64,000 nt of DNA from an uncultured Candidatus Saccharibacteria bacterium (GTDB lineage Bacteria > Patescibacteriota > Minisyncoccia > Phycocordibacterales > JAKFXT01), in NCBI GenBank assembly GCA_964385825.1, contig CAYLPX010000001.1, positions 8,124 to 72,123 on the forward strand, written 5' to 3'. The translations under genes and the position numbers were made by a program. The stretch's first letter is position 1. Each line of letters opens with the position of its first letter. Below, piece after piece: positions 56,871-64,000 of this stretch. The notes beneath the pieces were generated by a model that made no database searches, was not told where the DNA came from, and worked only from the letters and a program-made list of their open reading frames with translations.

Positions 56871-58202
56871 CTAGAGAAGTGAAACTTTGGCGCCGAGGCT
56901 ATTTAGGCGGGTAATTAAGTCTTCATATCCACGGTTGATACTGTAGATGTTGCGGAGGATTGAAGTGCCAGAAGCTCCCAACATAGCAATAAGGATGATG
57001 GTGGCAGGGCGGAGTGCCGGTGGGCAGACCATTTCAGCTGAGGTGAGCTTTGAGGGCCCGGTGACAAAGAAACGATGTGGGTCAGCGAGTACGGTTGAAG
57101 CCCCGAGCCTATCTAGCTCGGTATAGTAGAGAGCTCGCTTTTCATAGACCCAATCATGAATGAGGGTTTGGCCACGCGCTTGAGTTGCGATGACAGCAAA
57201 GAAGGGGAGGTTGTCTATGTTGAGTCCTGGGTAGGGCATCGGATGGATCTTATCAAGTGGGGCTACAAGGCGAGAGGGTAGGGTTGTAATATCTACAAGT
57301 TTTGTTTTACCGTTGTGGGAGAGATATGGTTTACTCATCTTGTATTTAAAATGCATTTCATGGAGTGTGGCGAGTTCCAGTTCTAGGAACTCAATAGGGC
57401 AGCGTGTGATTGTGATTGAAGAGTTAGTGAGAATAGCGGAAGTTAAAAAGAACATAGAGTCGGTCGGGTCCTCGCTTACCGTGTAGGTAATTGGTTCATT
57501 GATGTCGCTTACTCCAGTTATAGTGAGTGTGCTGGTGCCAATACCTTCTATCTTGACCCCGAGGGTGTGGAGGAAGTTACACACTTCTTGTACTTGGTAG
57601 TTAGCTGAAGCGTAGCGGATGGTTGTGGTACTCGGTATTTTGGAGGCGCCTAGTATGGCATTCACCGTAGCTGTGTCTCCCGCTTCCATCATAACTATGT
57701 TGGCTTTGTGAAGTTTTTTTGAGGTGACTACAAAGGCGTCTGAGGTTGTCTTGATATTGACCCCGAATTCTTTGAGGGCAAAGAGGTGGGGGAAGATGGT
57801 ACGACTACCTAGTTTACAACCACCGGACTGGGGAATGGAAAAATGCGGAAAGAAGTGCATAAGGCTGCCAATGAACATAATGATGCTACGCGTGCGCTTG
57901 GCGGAAACGGCATTGATAGTCTTTAGATTTATTTTCGTGGGAGGAGTAATGAGGAGATCGTGTCCTTTCCATTCAGCTTTAACATCAATGCTTTTGAGAA
58001 CTTCAATAAGACGATTCACCTCCTCAATTTTCGGCATTCGTTTTAGGAGTGTTGGGCTACTATTGAGGAGCGATGCGCAGATGAGTACTACCGCACCGTT
58101 TTTAGACGTATTAGTTTCTATGGTGCCATGGAGCTTGTGGCCACCTTCAATTTTAATATTGAGACTCTCGGTAATTTTCTTATTTCCTACTGATTTTGCC
58201 AT
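56871..58202 (-). CDS. murA: UDP-N-acetylglucosamine 1-carboxyvinyltransferase
   Basis: EPSP-synthase fold; KNGAVVLICASLL, active-site loop GGCKLGSR (Cys retained), HDWVYEKRALY. Confidence 0.85.
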   Translation of the reverse strand: MAKSVGNKKITESLNIKIEGGHKLHGTIETNTSKNGAVVLICASLLNSSPTLLKRMPKIEEVNRLIEVLKSIDVKAEWKGHDLLITPPTKINLKTINAVSAKRTRSIIMFIGSLMHFFPHFSIPQSGGCKLGSRTIFPHLFALKEFGVNIKTTSDAFVVTSKKLHKANIVMMEAGDTATVNAILGASKIPSTTTIRYASANYQVQEVCNFLHTLGVKIEGIGTSTLTITGVSDINEPITYTVSEDPTDSMFFLTSAILTNSSITITRCPIEFLELELATLHEMHFKYKMSKPYLSHNGKTKLVDITTLPSRLVAPLDKIHPMPYPGLNIDNLPFFAVIATQARGQTLIHDWVYEKRALYYTELDRLGASTVLADPHRFFVTGPSKLTSAEMVCPPALRPATIILIAMLGASGTSILRNIYSINRGYEDLITRLNSLGAKVSLL

Positions 58203-58242
58203 TACTAGAGTATACAGGGTTCCCTAAAGAACTAGAAGAAAA

Positions 58243-58275
58243 TGAAAAACCGGCGCCCTTGTGGGGCGCCGGGGG
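58243..58275 (-). terminator. GC-clamp terminator module (family copy) after small zinc-ribbon gene
   Basis: minus: caccccCGGCGCCCcacaaGGGCGCCGGttttt. Confidence 0.55.
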
Positions 58276-58287
58276 TGACGGGAACGG

Positions 58288-58464
58288 TCAGTCGCGACAA
58301 TCGTTGTCCTCCGGAGGTTCGCGGCTGTCGGCGATGTCTGTCGCCAGCTGACTCGGTTTGCGTGGCTGCCGCTCTCCACTGCAGGTTGGGCAGTCCGTGT
58401 TGCCAGGGCGCAAGACGGTTCCGCAGCTATCGCAGCGCACCGTCTCCCGTACGTCGTGGGGCAT
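58288..58464 (-). CDS. 58-aa zinc-ribbon protein (not in ORF track, under 60 aa); GC-rich
   Basis: Hand translation: MPHDVRETVRCDSCGTVLRPGNTDCPTCSGERQPRKPSQLATDIADSREPPEDNDCRD; AAGGAGA SD 6 nt upstream; about 65% GC. Confidence 0.5.
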   Translation of the reverse strand: MPHDVRETVRCDSCGTVLRPGNTDCPTCSGERQPRKPSQLATDIADSREPPEDNDCRD

Positions 58465-58501
58465 GGCTATCTCCTTGTGTCAGGACGATCTTGTCCAGTG
58501 G

Positions 58502-58531
58502 TATTTAATATTGGATTTGCAATTCAGTCAA
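58502..58531 (-). promoter_or_regulatory. sigma70-like promoter for the 58-aa gene
   Basis: minus: TTGACT - 18 nt - TAAATA. Confidence 0.35.
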
Positions 58532-58532
58532 T

Positions 58533-58566
58533 AAAAAAACGACGCCCTTGCGGGGCGTCGGGGGTG
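58533..58566 (-). terminator. GC-clamp terminator module (family copy)
   Basis: minus: gcaccccCGACGCCCcgcaaGGGCGTCGttttttt; near-duplicate of 58243 module. Confidence 0.5.
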
Positions 58567-58581
58567 CGACAAAGAACTGGT

Positions 58582-58959
58582 TCAGCCGACAGGTTGGTCG
58601 CCGAGAGGTCCGAACAGAACTTCGTAGAGATCGGGATGGTTCCTGGCGAATTTTGCTTTCTGGATAATCAGCTGCTTTTCGTTGTACTTGAAGAGGGTCC
58701 AAATCCCAGCCACCAGAATGCACATGCCAATTCCGTTGGTGGCAAACTCCCCAAGGCTTGAATTCCTTGTGGCGAAGATGAGGGCTACTAGCAGTGCCAT
58801 GACTACAAACATCCAGATGGCGGCTGTTCGGGGAAGTACTTCGCAGTAGCTTTCCCAGGCCACTTGCGCTTTTGCTCGCTTCCTCTTCATCTCGGATTTT
58901 TTCTGGAGGGCTACCTCCACTTCGGATGACAAGGCTTGTCCACACTTTTCGCAATGCAT
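58582..58959 (-). CDS. zinc-ribbon + 2-TM small membrane protein (GC-elevated)
   Basis: Start set at ATG 58959 (MHCEKCGQAL...) preceded by AAGGAG SD; CxxC...C; two TM helices; track ORF extends to 59037. Confidence 0.5.
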   Translation of the reverse strand: MHCEKCGQALSSEVEVALQKKSEMKRKRAKAQVAWESYCEVLPRTAAIWMFVVMALLVALIFATRNSSLGEFATNGIGMCILVAGIWTLFKYNEKQLIIQKAKFARNHPDLYEVLFGPLGDQPVG

Positions 58960-59087
58960 CGATGACTCCTTCGCGTTTGGTTGGTTGATGGGTACTCTGC
59001 TAGGCATTATATTGTAATTATTTTTATAGTTTGTCAATAAGTTTGGGTATTACCACAAACACCTGTAAAATGGGCACACTAACTTCT

Positions 59088-60104
59088 ATGAAAAGCTTTT
59101 TTTCTCGCAAACTCGGTATTGATTTAGGCACTGCTAACACGCTCGTTTTTGTGCCTGGAAAGGGGGTGGTACTGAATGAGCCGTCGGTAGTAGCGGTATC
59201 AGAACAAGATAATAAAATTCTAGCAGTAGGGGCCGAAGCCAAAGAAATGATCGGGCGCACCCCTGACTCAATCATTGCGTATCGCCCGATGAAAGATGGA
59301 GTGATCGCTGATTATCGTGTGACTGAAGTTATGCTCCGCTACTATATGAGTAAGGCACTTGGTAAGTGGAATATGATTAAGCCAGAAGTAATGATTTCAG
59401 TGCCCGCTGGTGTTACTTCAACAGAGCGCCGAGCGGTGGTTGAAGCTGCGATAAAAGCAGGGGCTAAGAGTGCATACGTGGTGAAGGAACCAATATTGGC
59501 CGCGATTGGTGCTGGCATTCCTATTCAAGAAGCGCTCGGGCATATGATCGTTGATATAGGAGGAGGGACAACTGATGTGGCGGTGATTTCGCTCGGTGGG
59601 ATAGTTGCGAGTAAGTCGGTGAAGTGTGCGGGCAACAAAGTTGATGCAGCCATAGCTGACTATGTGAAAAAGAATTTTAACTTAGCGATAGGGGACAAGA
59701 TGGCAGAGGATATAAAAATAAAAGTAGGGTCAGCAGTGCCAGTAGAGGAGGAACTCGTCATGACCATTAAGGGGCGCGATTTTATTACCGGACTTCCACG
59801 CAGTGTTGAGATCCGTACGAACGAAGTGGTGAAGGCGATAGCTAGGGAGCTCCGCGATATGATCAAAGCTATTAAAGACGTACTCCAAGAGACACCACCG
59901 GAACTTGCGTCAGATATTATTGATCAGGGTATTACTATGACTGGTGGGTCCTCAATGCTCCGCAATTTTCCTGAACTGGTGTTTCGTCGCACGGGAGTGA
60001 AGGCACAACTTGCCAAAGACGCCTACTATTGTGTCGCTAAGGGTACGGGTATTGCTCTTGAGCATTTGGATATTTATAAGAAGAGTATTATTGCGAAGAG
60101 GTAA
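59088..60104 (+). CDS. mreB: rod shape-determining protein MreB (actin-like ATPase)
   Basis: GIDLGTANTLVFV, VPAGVTSTERRAV, DIGGGTTDVAVIS; start set at ATG 59088. Confidence 0.9.
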   Translation: MKSFFSRKLGIDLGTANTLVFVPGKGVVLNEPSVVAVSEQDNKILAVGAEAKEMIGRTPDSIIAYRPMKDGVIADYRVTEVMLRYYMSKALGKWNMIKPEVMISVPAGVTSTERRAVVEAAIKAGAKSAYVVKEPILAAIGAGIPIQEALGHMIVDIGGGTTDVAVISLGGIVASKSVKCAGNKVDAAIADYVKKNFNLAIGDKMAEDIKIKVGSAVPVEEELVMTIKGRDFITGLPRSVEIRTNEVVKAIARELRDMIKAIKDVLQETPPELASDIIDQGITMTGGSSMLRNFPELVFRRTGVKAQLAKDAYYCVAKGTGIALEHLDIYKKSIIAKR

Positions 60105-60110
60105 TAAAAA

Positions 60111-60773
60111 ATGGATAAGGTTACTAGGAATCATCACGCATATGTAGTGGAGGGTGAGAGAACGGGCTCACTACTTTTACTAAAGTCCCATCTTGAAAAG
60201 GGGTGGGGGATGACCTTACTCGCCAATCCTGATGTTATAGAACTATCGGTTGAAACGCTTTCAGTTGATGATGCACGTAAGTTAAAACAACAAGCAAGTA
60301 CTAAACCGCTCGGTAAAGAAAAAATCTTCATACTATCGTGTAACTTTCTGGGACGTGAAGCACAGAATGCATTACTCAAGGTACTTGAGGAGCCGGTAGC
60401 TGATACGTATTTCTTTATACTAGTTTCAAGTAGCGAAGTGCTGTTGCCTACAGTGCGCTCACGAGTAATGATTATTTCACTTGGTGGAAAGAGTTCAGAG
60501 GGTATTATTCCCGCTAAAAAGTTTTTAAAAGAAAGTGCTGAAGGCAGGCTTAAACTTCTAAGTACCTTCCTTAGTCATGAAAGTGAGAGTAAGAAAAGCG
60601 ACCTTATTCATTTCCTAAACAGTATAGAGCTTGAACTTGCTGAGCATAAGGAGAAAAAGGAGGTGCAAGAGGGGTTAAAAAATCTTCTCATGTATAAACA
60701 GTATCTTTTTGATCAGTCACCTTCTATTAAAATGATTGCCGAGTTTTTGGCGCTCACTCTGCCCTTGGTGTAG
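60111..60773 (+). CDS. holB: DNA polymerase III delta'-like clamp-loader subunit (short, no P-loop)
   Basis: EAQNALLKVLEEP ... LLPTVRSRV (sensor motifs). Confidence 0.6.
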   Translation: MDKVTRNHHAYVVEGERTGSLLLLKSHLEKGWGMTLLANPDVIELSVETLSVDDARKLKQQASTKPLGKEKIFILSCNFLGREAQNALLKVLEEPVADTYFFILVSSSEVLLPTVRSRVMIISLGGKSSEGIIPAKKFLKESAEGRLKLLSTFLSHESESKKSDLIHFLNSIELELAEHKEKKEVQEGLKNLLMYKQYLFDQSPSIKMIAEFLALTLPLV

Positions 60774-60816
60774 GGCATGCAGAGCATCATAAAGTTTGCT
60801 AGAATGACGCGTATAT

Positions 60817-61368
60817 ATGGCATATAATTTTCTACCATTAAAGAATAGTGTGAAGGAAACAGAAGACTGGCTTCATCGTGAGTACGGCGCTATCCGCACT
60901 GGCCAAGCTAGTCCAGTCTTGCTTGATAGTGTGATGGTTGAAGCGTATGGAGCAAAGATGCCGCTTAACCAAGTAGCTAATGTAGGTATAGAAGGAGCGC
61001 GAACACTTCGCATTACTCCCTATGACCCGACGCTTGTGAAAGAAATTGAAAAGGGGCTCCTCGTGGCTGATATGGGAGTTGGGGTTTCAACGGATGATGT
61101 GGGGCTCCGAGTGCAGTTCCCAGAGCTTACAGGAGAGCGCCGTACACAACTTATAAAACTCGCCAAAGAAAAATTAGAGCAAGCGCGCATTGCGCTCCGC
61201 AATGAACGCGAGGCGGTGTGGAATGATATTCAAAAACAGGAAAAAGATGGAAGCATGAGTGAAGATGAAAAGTTCCGCGGTAAAGAAGACATGCAAAAGG
61301 TAATAGATGAAGGAAATAGAAAACTAGAAGAACTGTTCGAAAAGAAAGAAAAAGAAATACAAGGATAA
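60817..61368 (+). CDS. frr: ribosome recycling factor
   Basis: 183 aa, conserved RRF sequence throughout. Confidence 0.9.
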   Translation: MAYNFLPLKNSVKETEDWLHREYGAIRTGQASPVLLDSVMVEAYGAKMPLNQVANVGIEGARTLRITPYDPTLVKEIEKGLLVADMGVGVSTDDVGLRVQFPELTGERRTQLIKLAKEKLEQARIALRNEREAVWNDIQKQEKDGSMSEDEKFRGKEDMQKVIDEGNRKLEELFEKKEKEIQG

Positions 61369-61370
61369 TT

Positions 61371-61399
61371 AAAAAAGCCGCCCCAGGGGGCGGCTTTTG
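61371..61399. terminator. bidirectional GC-clamp terminator
   Basis: aaaaaaGCCGCCCCagGGGGCGGCtttt. Confidence 0.65.
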
Positions 61400-61411
61400 C
61401 AAAGGGCGTGG

Positions 61412-61630
61412 TTACGCCATTTGCTTCAGGTCGTACCACAGGCCGATTCCGATGAGCCCAGCGTAGAAAATGGATCCCCCGAAAATCCCGAGCAGCCATT
61501 GCTCAGAGGGAATGGGGAAGATTTGGTTGACCTCCCACACGAATCCGCCGTGCACGGTGGTCATGACGAGCACGAGCCACAACACGTTGGCGATGAGTGC
61601 TCGCACAAAGCTGAAACGAAGATATTTCAT
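61412..61630 (-). CDS. small 2-TM membrane protein (GC-rich cassette, downstream gene)
   Basis: 72 aa; AAGGAGGG SD; 4-nt ATGA overlap with upstream gene. Confidence 0.5.
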   Translation of the reverse strand: MKYLRFSFVRALIANVLWLVLVMTTVHGGFVWEVNQIFPIPSEQWLLGIFGGSIFYAGLIGIGLWYDLKQMA

Positions 61631-61869
61631 TTCGACCCCCCCTCCTTTTTTGAAGGAACATGACTGACGTCTAGGAAGGCGCCGTAGAGGATCAATAGGG
61701 CGGAAATCACGAACCCTAGCTCGAGCACAATATCTCGGGGAACAGTAAGGTCGATCCAGGGAAATCGATTATTGGGTCCGAGAAAATCGGTACAGAGTGA
61801 AACTATGGTCAGGGTGCACCAAAGGTAAAACGCAATGACCGCCTTGGTAAAATTTTTGCCGAAGTACAT
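61627..61869 (-). CDS. small 2-TM membrane protein (GC-rich cassette, upstream gene)
   Basis: 80 aa; GGAG SD 8 nt upstream. Confidence 0.5.
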   Translation of the reverse strand: MYFGKNFTKAVIAFYLWCTLTIVSLCTDFLGPNNRFPWIDLTVPRDIVLELGFVISALLILYGAFLDVSHVPSKKEGGSK

Positions 61870-61967
61870 GATCTTACTCCATTGTTGTCCGAATTACTTT
61901 ATAACATGTAATATACATATTGTCAAAGTTTGTTTGAGCCCCGGTCTTAGTACGTTAGAATAGACAT

Positions 61968-63059
61968 ATGTCTATTCTAATTTTTATTCTTGTTTTAGGT
62001 GCGCTGGTTTTTGTCCACGAGTTCGGGCATTTTATTGTTGCCAAAAAAAGCGGTATACGGGTAGATGAGTTCGCGCTTGGGTTTCCACCAAAACTTTTTT
62101 CTAAAAAGGTGGGAGAGACAAAGTACTCACTAAATCTTTTACCAATTGGCGGGTTTGTGAAGATTTTTGGTGAGAATCCGGATGACGAAAGTATTCATGG
62201 GCCGGATAAGAAAAGAAGTTTCGTACATAAGCCGCGCTATATTCAAGCTGCTGTTTTGGTAGCGGGGGTTGCTATGAATATAGTGTTCGCATGGTTTCTT
62301 TTCTCTATCGCCATAATGATTGGTCTCCCAGCCCCATCGGGCTATGCGGGGGACAAAGCATTGCTTAATGGTAAAACGGCAATTGTCGGCGTGTATCCGG
62401 ACACACCGGCCGTTAAGGTGGGACTTATGGCGGGTGATACTATTTTGAAAATAACTTCAGGGAGTGAAGTACTAAGTGGTATTAACACCGAAGCGGTGCA
62501 GAACTTTATTGCCGAGCATGGTAGTAAAGAACTTACAGTATTAATTGAGCGAAAGGGTGAACAAAAAGAGTTTAAAGTAACTCCAACAAATAGTTTTATA
62601 GAAGGACGAGCAGCACTCGGTGTGTCTCTCGGGCAAGTAGGAACTCTGAAGCTTCCTTTTTTCCAAAGTATCATTGAGGCAGGGAAGATCACCTACTATA
62701 TGACAGGTACGGTGGCTATAGGATTATATGATCTTGTGCGAACGGCGCTTGTTGGCAAGGCTGATCTTACTGGAGTAACGGGGCCCATTGGTATTGTGGG
62801 ACTCGTGGGGGATGCGACCAAGGTAAGCTTCACCTATCTTCTAGGATTTGTAGCCATGATTTCTATCAATCTAGCTGTTATTAATCTTCTTCCTTTTCCA
62901 GCACTTGATGGCGGGAGACTTTTATTTGTAATTATAGAAGGTATTTCAAGGCGGCGTATTAAACCGGCTATTGCGAATGCATTAAACTTGGGAGGCTTTG
63001 CGGTGCTTATGGTGTTAATGGTGGTGGTGACCTACCATGATATTAGTAAATTTTTCTAG
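61968..63059 (+). CDS. rseP: RIP metalloprotease RseP (site-2 protease, M50) with PDZ domain
   Basis: HEFGHF zinc motif, PDZ region, LLPFPALDGGRLL. Confidence 0.85.
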   Translation: MSILIFILVLGALVFVHEFGHFIVAKKSGIRVDEFALGFPPKLFSKKVGETKYSLNLLPIGGFVKIFGENPDDESIHGPDKKRSFVHKPRYIQAAVLVAGVAMNIVFAWFLFSIAIMIGLPAPSGYAGDKALLNGKTAIVGVYPDTPAVKVGLMAGDTILKITSGSEVLSGINTEAVQNFIAEHGSKELTVLIERKGEQKEFKVTPTNSFIEGRAALGVSLGQVGTLKLPFFQSIIEAGKITYYMTGTVAIGLYDLVRTALVGKADLTGVTGPIGIVGLVGDATKVSFTYLLGFVAMISINLAVINLLPFPALDGGRLLFVIIEGISRRRIKPAIANALNLGGFAVLMVLMVVVTYHDISKFF

Positions 63060-63133
63060 ATTGTTCACTCACCAAAATTTTCTTCCTAACATAAGGTAGA
63101 GGTGATTATTCTGTCCGTAGAAAATTTAGGTGG

Positions 63134-63166
63134 GTAAAAAAAGGCCGCGCTCGGGTGAGCGCGGGG
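63134..63166 (-). terminator. GC-clamp terminator module after second small-membrane-protein cassette
   Basis: minus: aaccCCGCGCTCacccGAGCGCGGcctttttttaccc. Confidence 0.5.
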
Positions 63167-63176
63167 TTGGGGGCGA

Positions 63177-63383
63177 TCAGGAGTCATGTCGTCGCCATTC
63201 TTGCGGGATGGTAACGATAGTCATGGCGAACCCGACGGCGAACAGACCCATGGCGAGGAGTGTCACATACGACTCCTTGAAGCATCGTGAGTCCCCACCA
63301 CAGGCGGAGTTCTCAAAGATGCCAATTGATAGCCCGACGGCCACCACAGCAATCCAAAACATCGGATGTTGCCAGAATTTCAT
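63177..63383 (-). CDS. small 2-TM membrane protein (GC-rich cassette 2, downstream gene)
   Basis: Start at ATG 63383 (MKFWQHPMFWIAVVAVGL...) with AAGGAGG SD; ATGA overlap with upstream gene. Confidence 0.45.
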   Translation of the reverse strand: MKFWQHPMFWIAVVAVGLSIGIFENSACGGDSRCFKESYVTLLAMGLFAVGFAMTIVTIPQEWRRHDS

Positions 63384-63562
63384 GGTTCCTCCTTGATCGA
63401 CGGGTTGATCGGTTCGCTCTTTGCAAGTCCCGCTACGGCGAGGACAGCAAAGAGGGCAATCAAAACGGCTACAGGGAACGGGAGTGGGGTGACCCAGCTC
63501 ACTATCCCTGCTACGACTCCGATCGCAATGAGTGCGAGGAGTACTGCGGTAGTGTGTGGCAT
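63380..63562 (-). CDS. small 2-TM membrane protein (GC-rich cassette 2, upstream gene)
   Basis: Start at ATG 63562 (MPHTTAVLLALIAIGVV...) with GGAG SD. Confidence 0.45.
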   Translation of the reverse strand: MPHTTAVLLALIAIGVVAGIVSWVTPLPFPVAVLIALFAVLAVAGLAKSEPINPSIKEEP

Positions 63563-63659
63563 ACACTTCTCCTGTTGAACAACGGTCTTCTTTATACTAT
63601 GAAAAGTGTAAAAAGTCAAAACTTTGGTGAATGAGAAAGCATTTAGTACAATAGTCCTA

Positions 63660-64000
63660 ATGCTGCAATCAAAACTCTTTACCAAAACAAAAAAGGAAGT
63701 GCCAACGGACGAGGTTTCAAAGAACGCTATTCTCCTTATTCGTGCTGGGTATATCTATAAAGAAATGGCGGGGGTGTACTCTTATCTACCTCTTGGGCTT
63801 CGAGTACTTAACAATATTGTCAGAATTATTCGTGAGGAGATGAATGCTATTGGTGGACAGGAGATGGTGATGACTGCACTGCAGGATAAGACTATTTGGG
63901 AAAAAACGGATCGCTTTGATGATGCTAAGGTAGATAATTGGTTTAAAACAACACTTAAGAATGGTGGAGAAACTGGTCTTGCCATCACTCACGAGGAACC
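63660..64000 (+). CDS. proS: proline--tRNA ligase, N-terminal part (runs off window)
   Basis: MLQSKLFTKTKKEVPTDEVSKNAILLIRAGYIYKEMAGVYSYLPLGLRVLNNIVRIIREEMNAIGGQEMVMTALQ matches ProRS N-terminus; no stop before window end. Confidence 0.8.
   Translation, partial: MLQSKLFTKTKKEVPTDEVSKNAILLIRAGYIYKEMAGVYSYLPLGLRVLNNIVRIIREEMNAIGGQEMVMTALQDKTIWEKTDRFDDAKVDNWFKTTLKNGGETGLAITHEE

Noticed and set aside
58242-58954. Track ORFs 58242..58508 (+), 58456..58761 (+) and 58505..58954 (-)
   Set aside because: Arg/Cys/Pro-rich translations of GC-rich DNA overlapping the SD-preceded zinc-ribbon genes on the minus strand; judged spurious.
63130-63685. Long track ORFs 63130..63396 (+), 63287..63634 (+), 63366..63578 (+), 63177..63566 (-), 63380..63685 (-) as full-length genes
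   Set aside because: Internal SD-preceded ATGs give two compact 2-TM proteins overlapping by ATGA; the long versions add non-hydrophobic junk N-termini and overlap each other.
63782-63992. Two 68-aa minus-strand ORFs at the window end
   Set aside because: Antisense to the clearly recognisable proS N-terminal coding region.
1-64000. CRISPR arrays, rRNA genes, integrase/transposase genes
   Set aside because: No regularly spaced direct repeats, no rRNA-like conserved stretches, and no recombinase-like ORFs seen in any frame.

Overview
This 64-kb window looks like a low-GC (about 40-43%), gene-dense bacterial chromosome segment with small-genome (Candidate Phyla Radiation / Patescibacteria-like) character. 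Its RpoB is short (1058 aa), most core genes lack Shine-Dalgarno (SD) sequences, and it encodes many secreted or membrane proteins with cohesin/dockerin, FN3/Ig and peptidoglycan-binding modules. The core gene content is rnr; rpsP-KH-trmD; an uninterrupted rpoB-rpoC-dnaG-rpoD block; a UvrD-like helicase fused to a RecB/Cas4-like nuclease; hisS; two RRM proteins; a SET-domain protein; a P-type ATPase; msrB; VanY; two histidine kinases and one response regulator; def-fmt-PriA-like; murA; mreB-holB'-frr; rseP; and the start of proS. The main unusual features are listed below.

- **tRNA with intron:** a tRNA gene (most likely Asn-GUU) is interrupted in the anticodon loop by a roughly 560-nt group I (IC3-type, tRNA-Leu-intron-like core) intron. 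The intron carries a small HNH endonuclease ORF and is followed by a long palindromic terminator and a degenerate tRNA-like remnant.
- **Cohesin-dockerin module:** three co-oriented secreted or anchored proteins at the 5' end of the window, one with a tandem dockerin (876..1679) and two with cohesin-like domains (1682..2617, 2604..4691).
- **GC-rich small-gene cassettes:** six short loci at 50-65% GC, each with a strong AAGGAG-type SD and a stereotyped GC-clamp terminator module. They encode small zinc-ribbon or 2-TM membrane proteins, twice as 4-nt-overlapping (ATGA) gene pairs, and differ from the AT-rich, SD-poor core in a way that suggests foreign origin.
- **Repeat-flanked cassette:** a 36-bp direct repeat (the 3' end of a YdeI/OmdA-like gene) brackets an AT-rich inserted 256-aa gene.
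- **PriA-like protein:** the Walker A and B helicase motifs appear degenerate.

No rRNA or CRISPR array was found.
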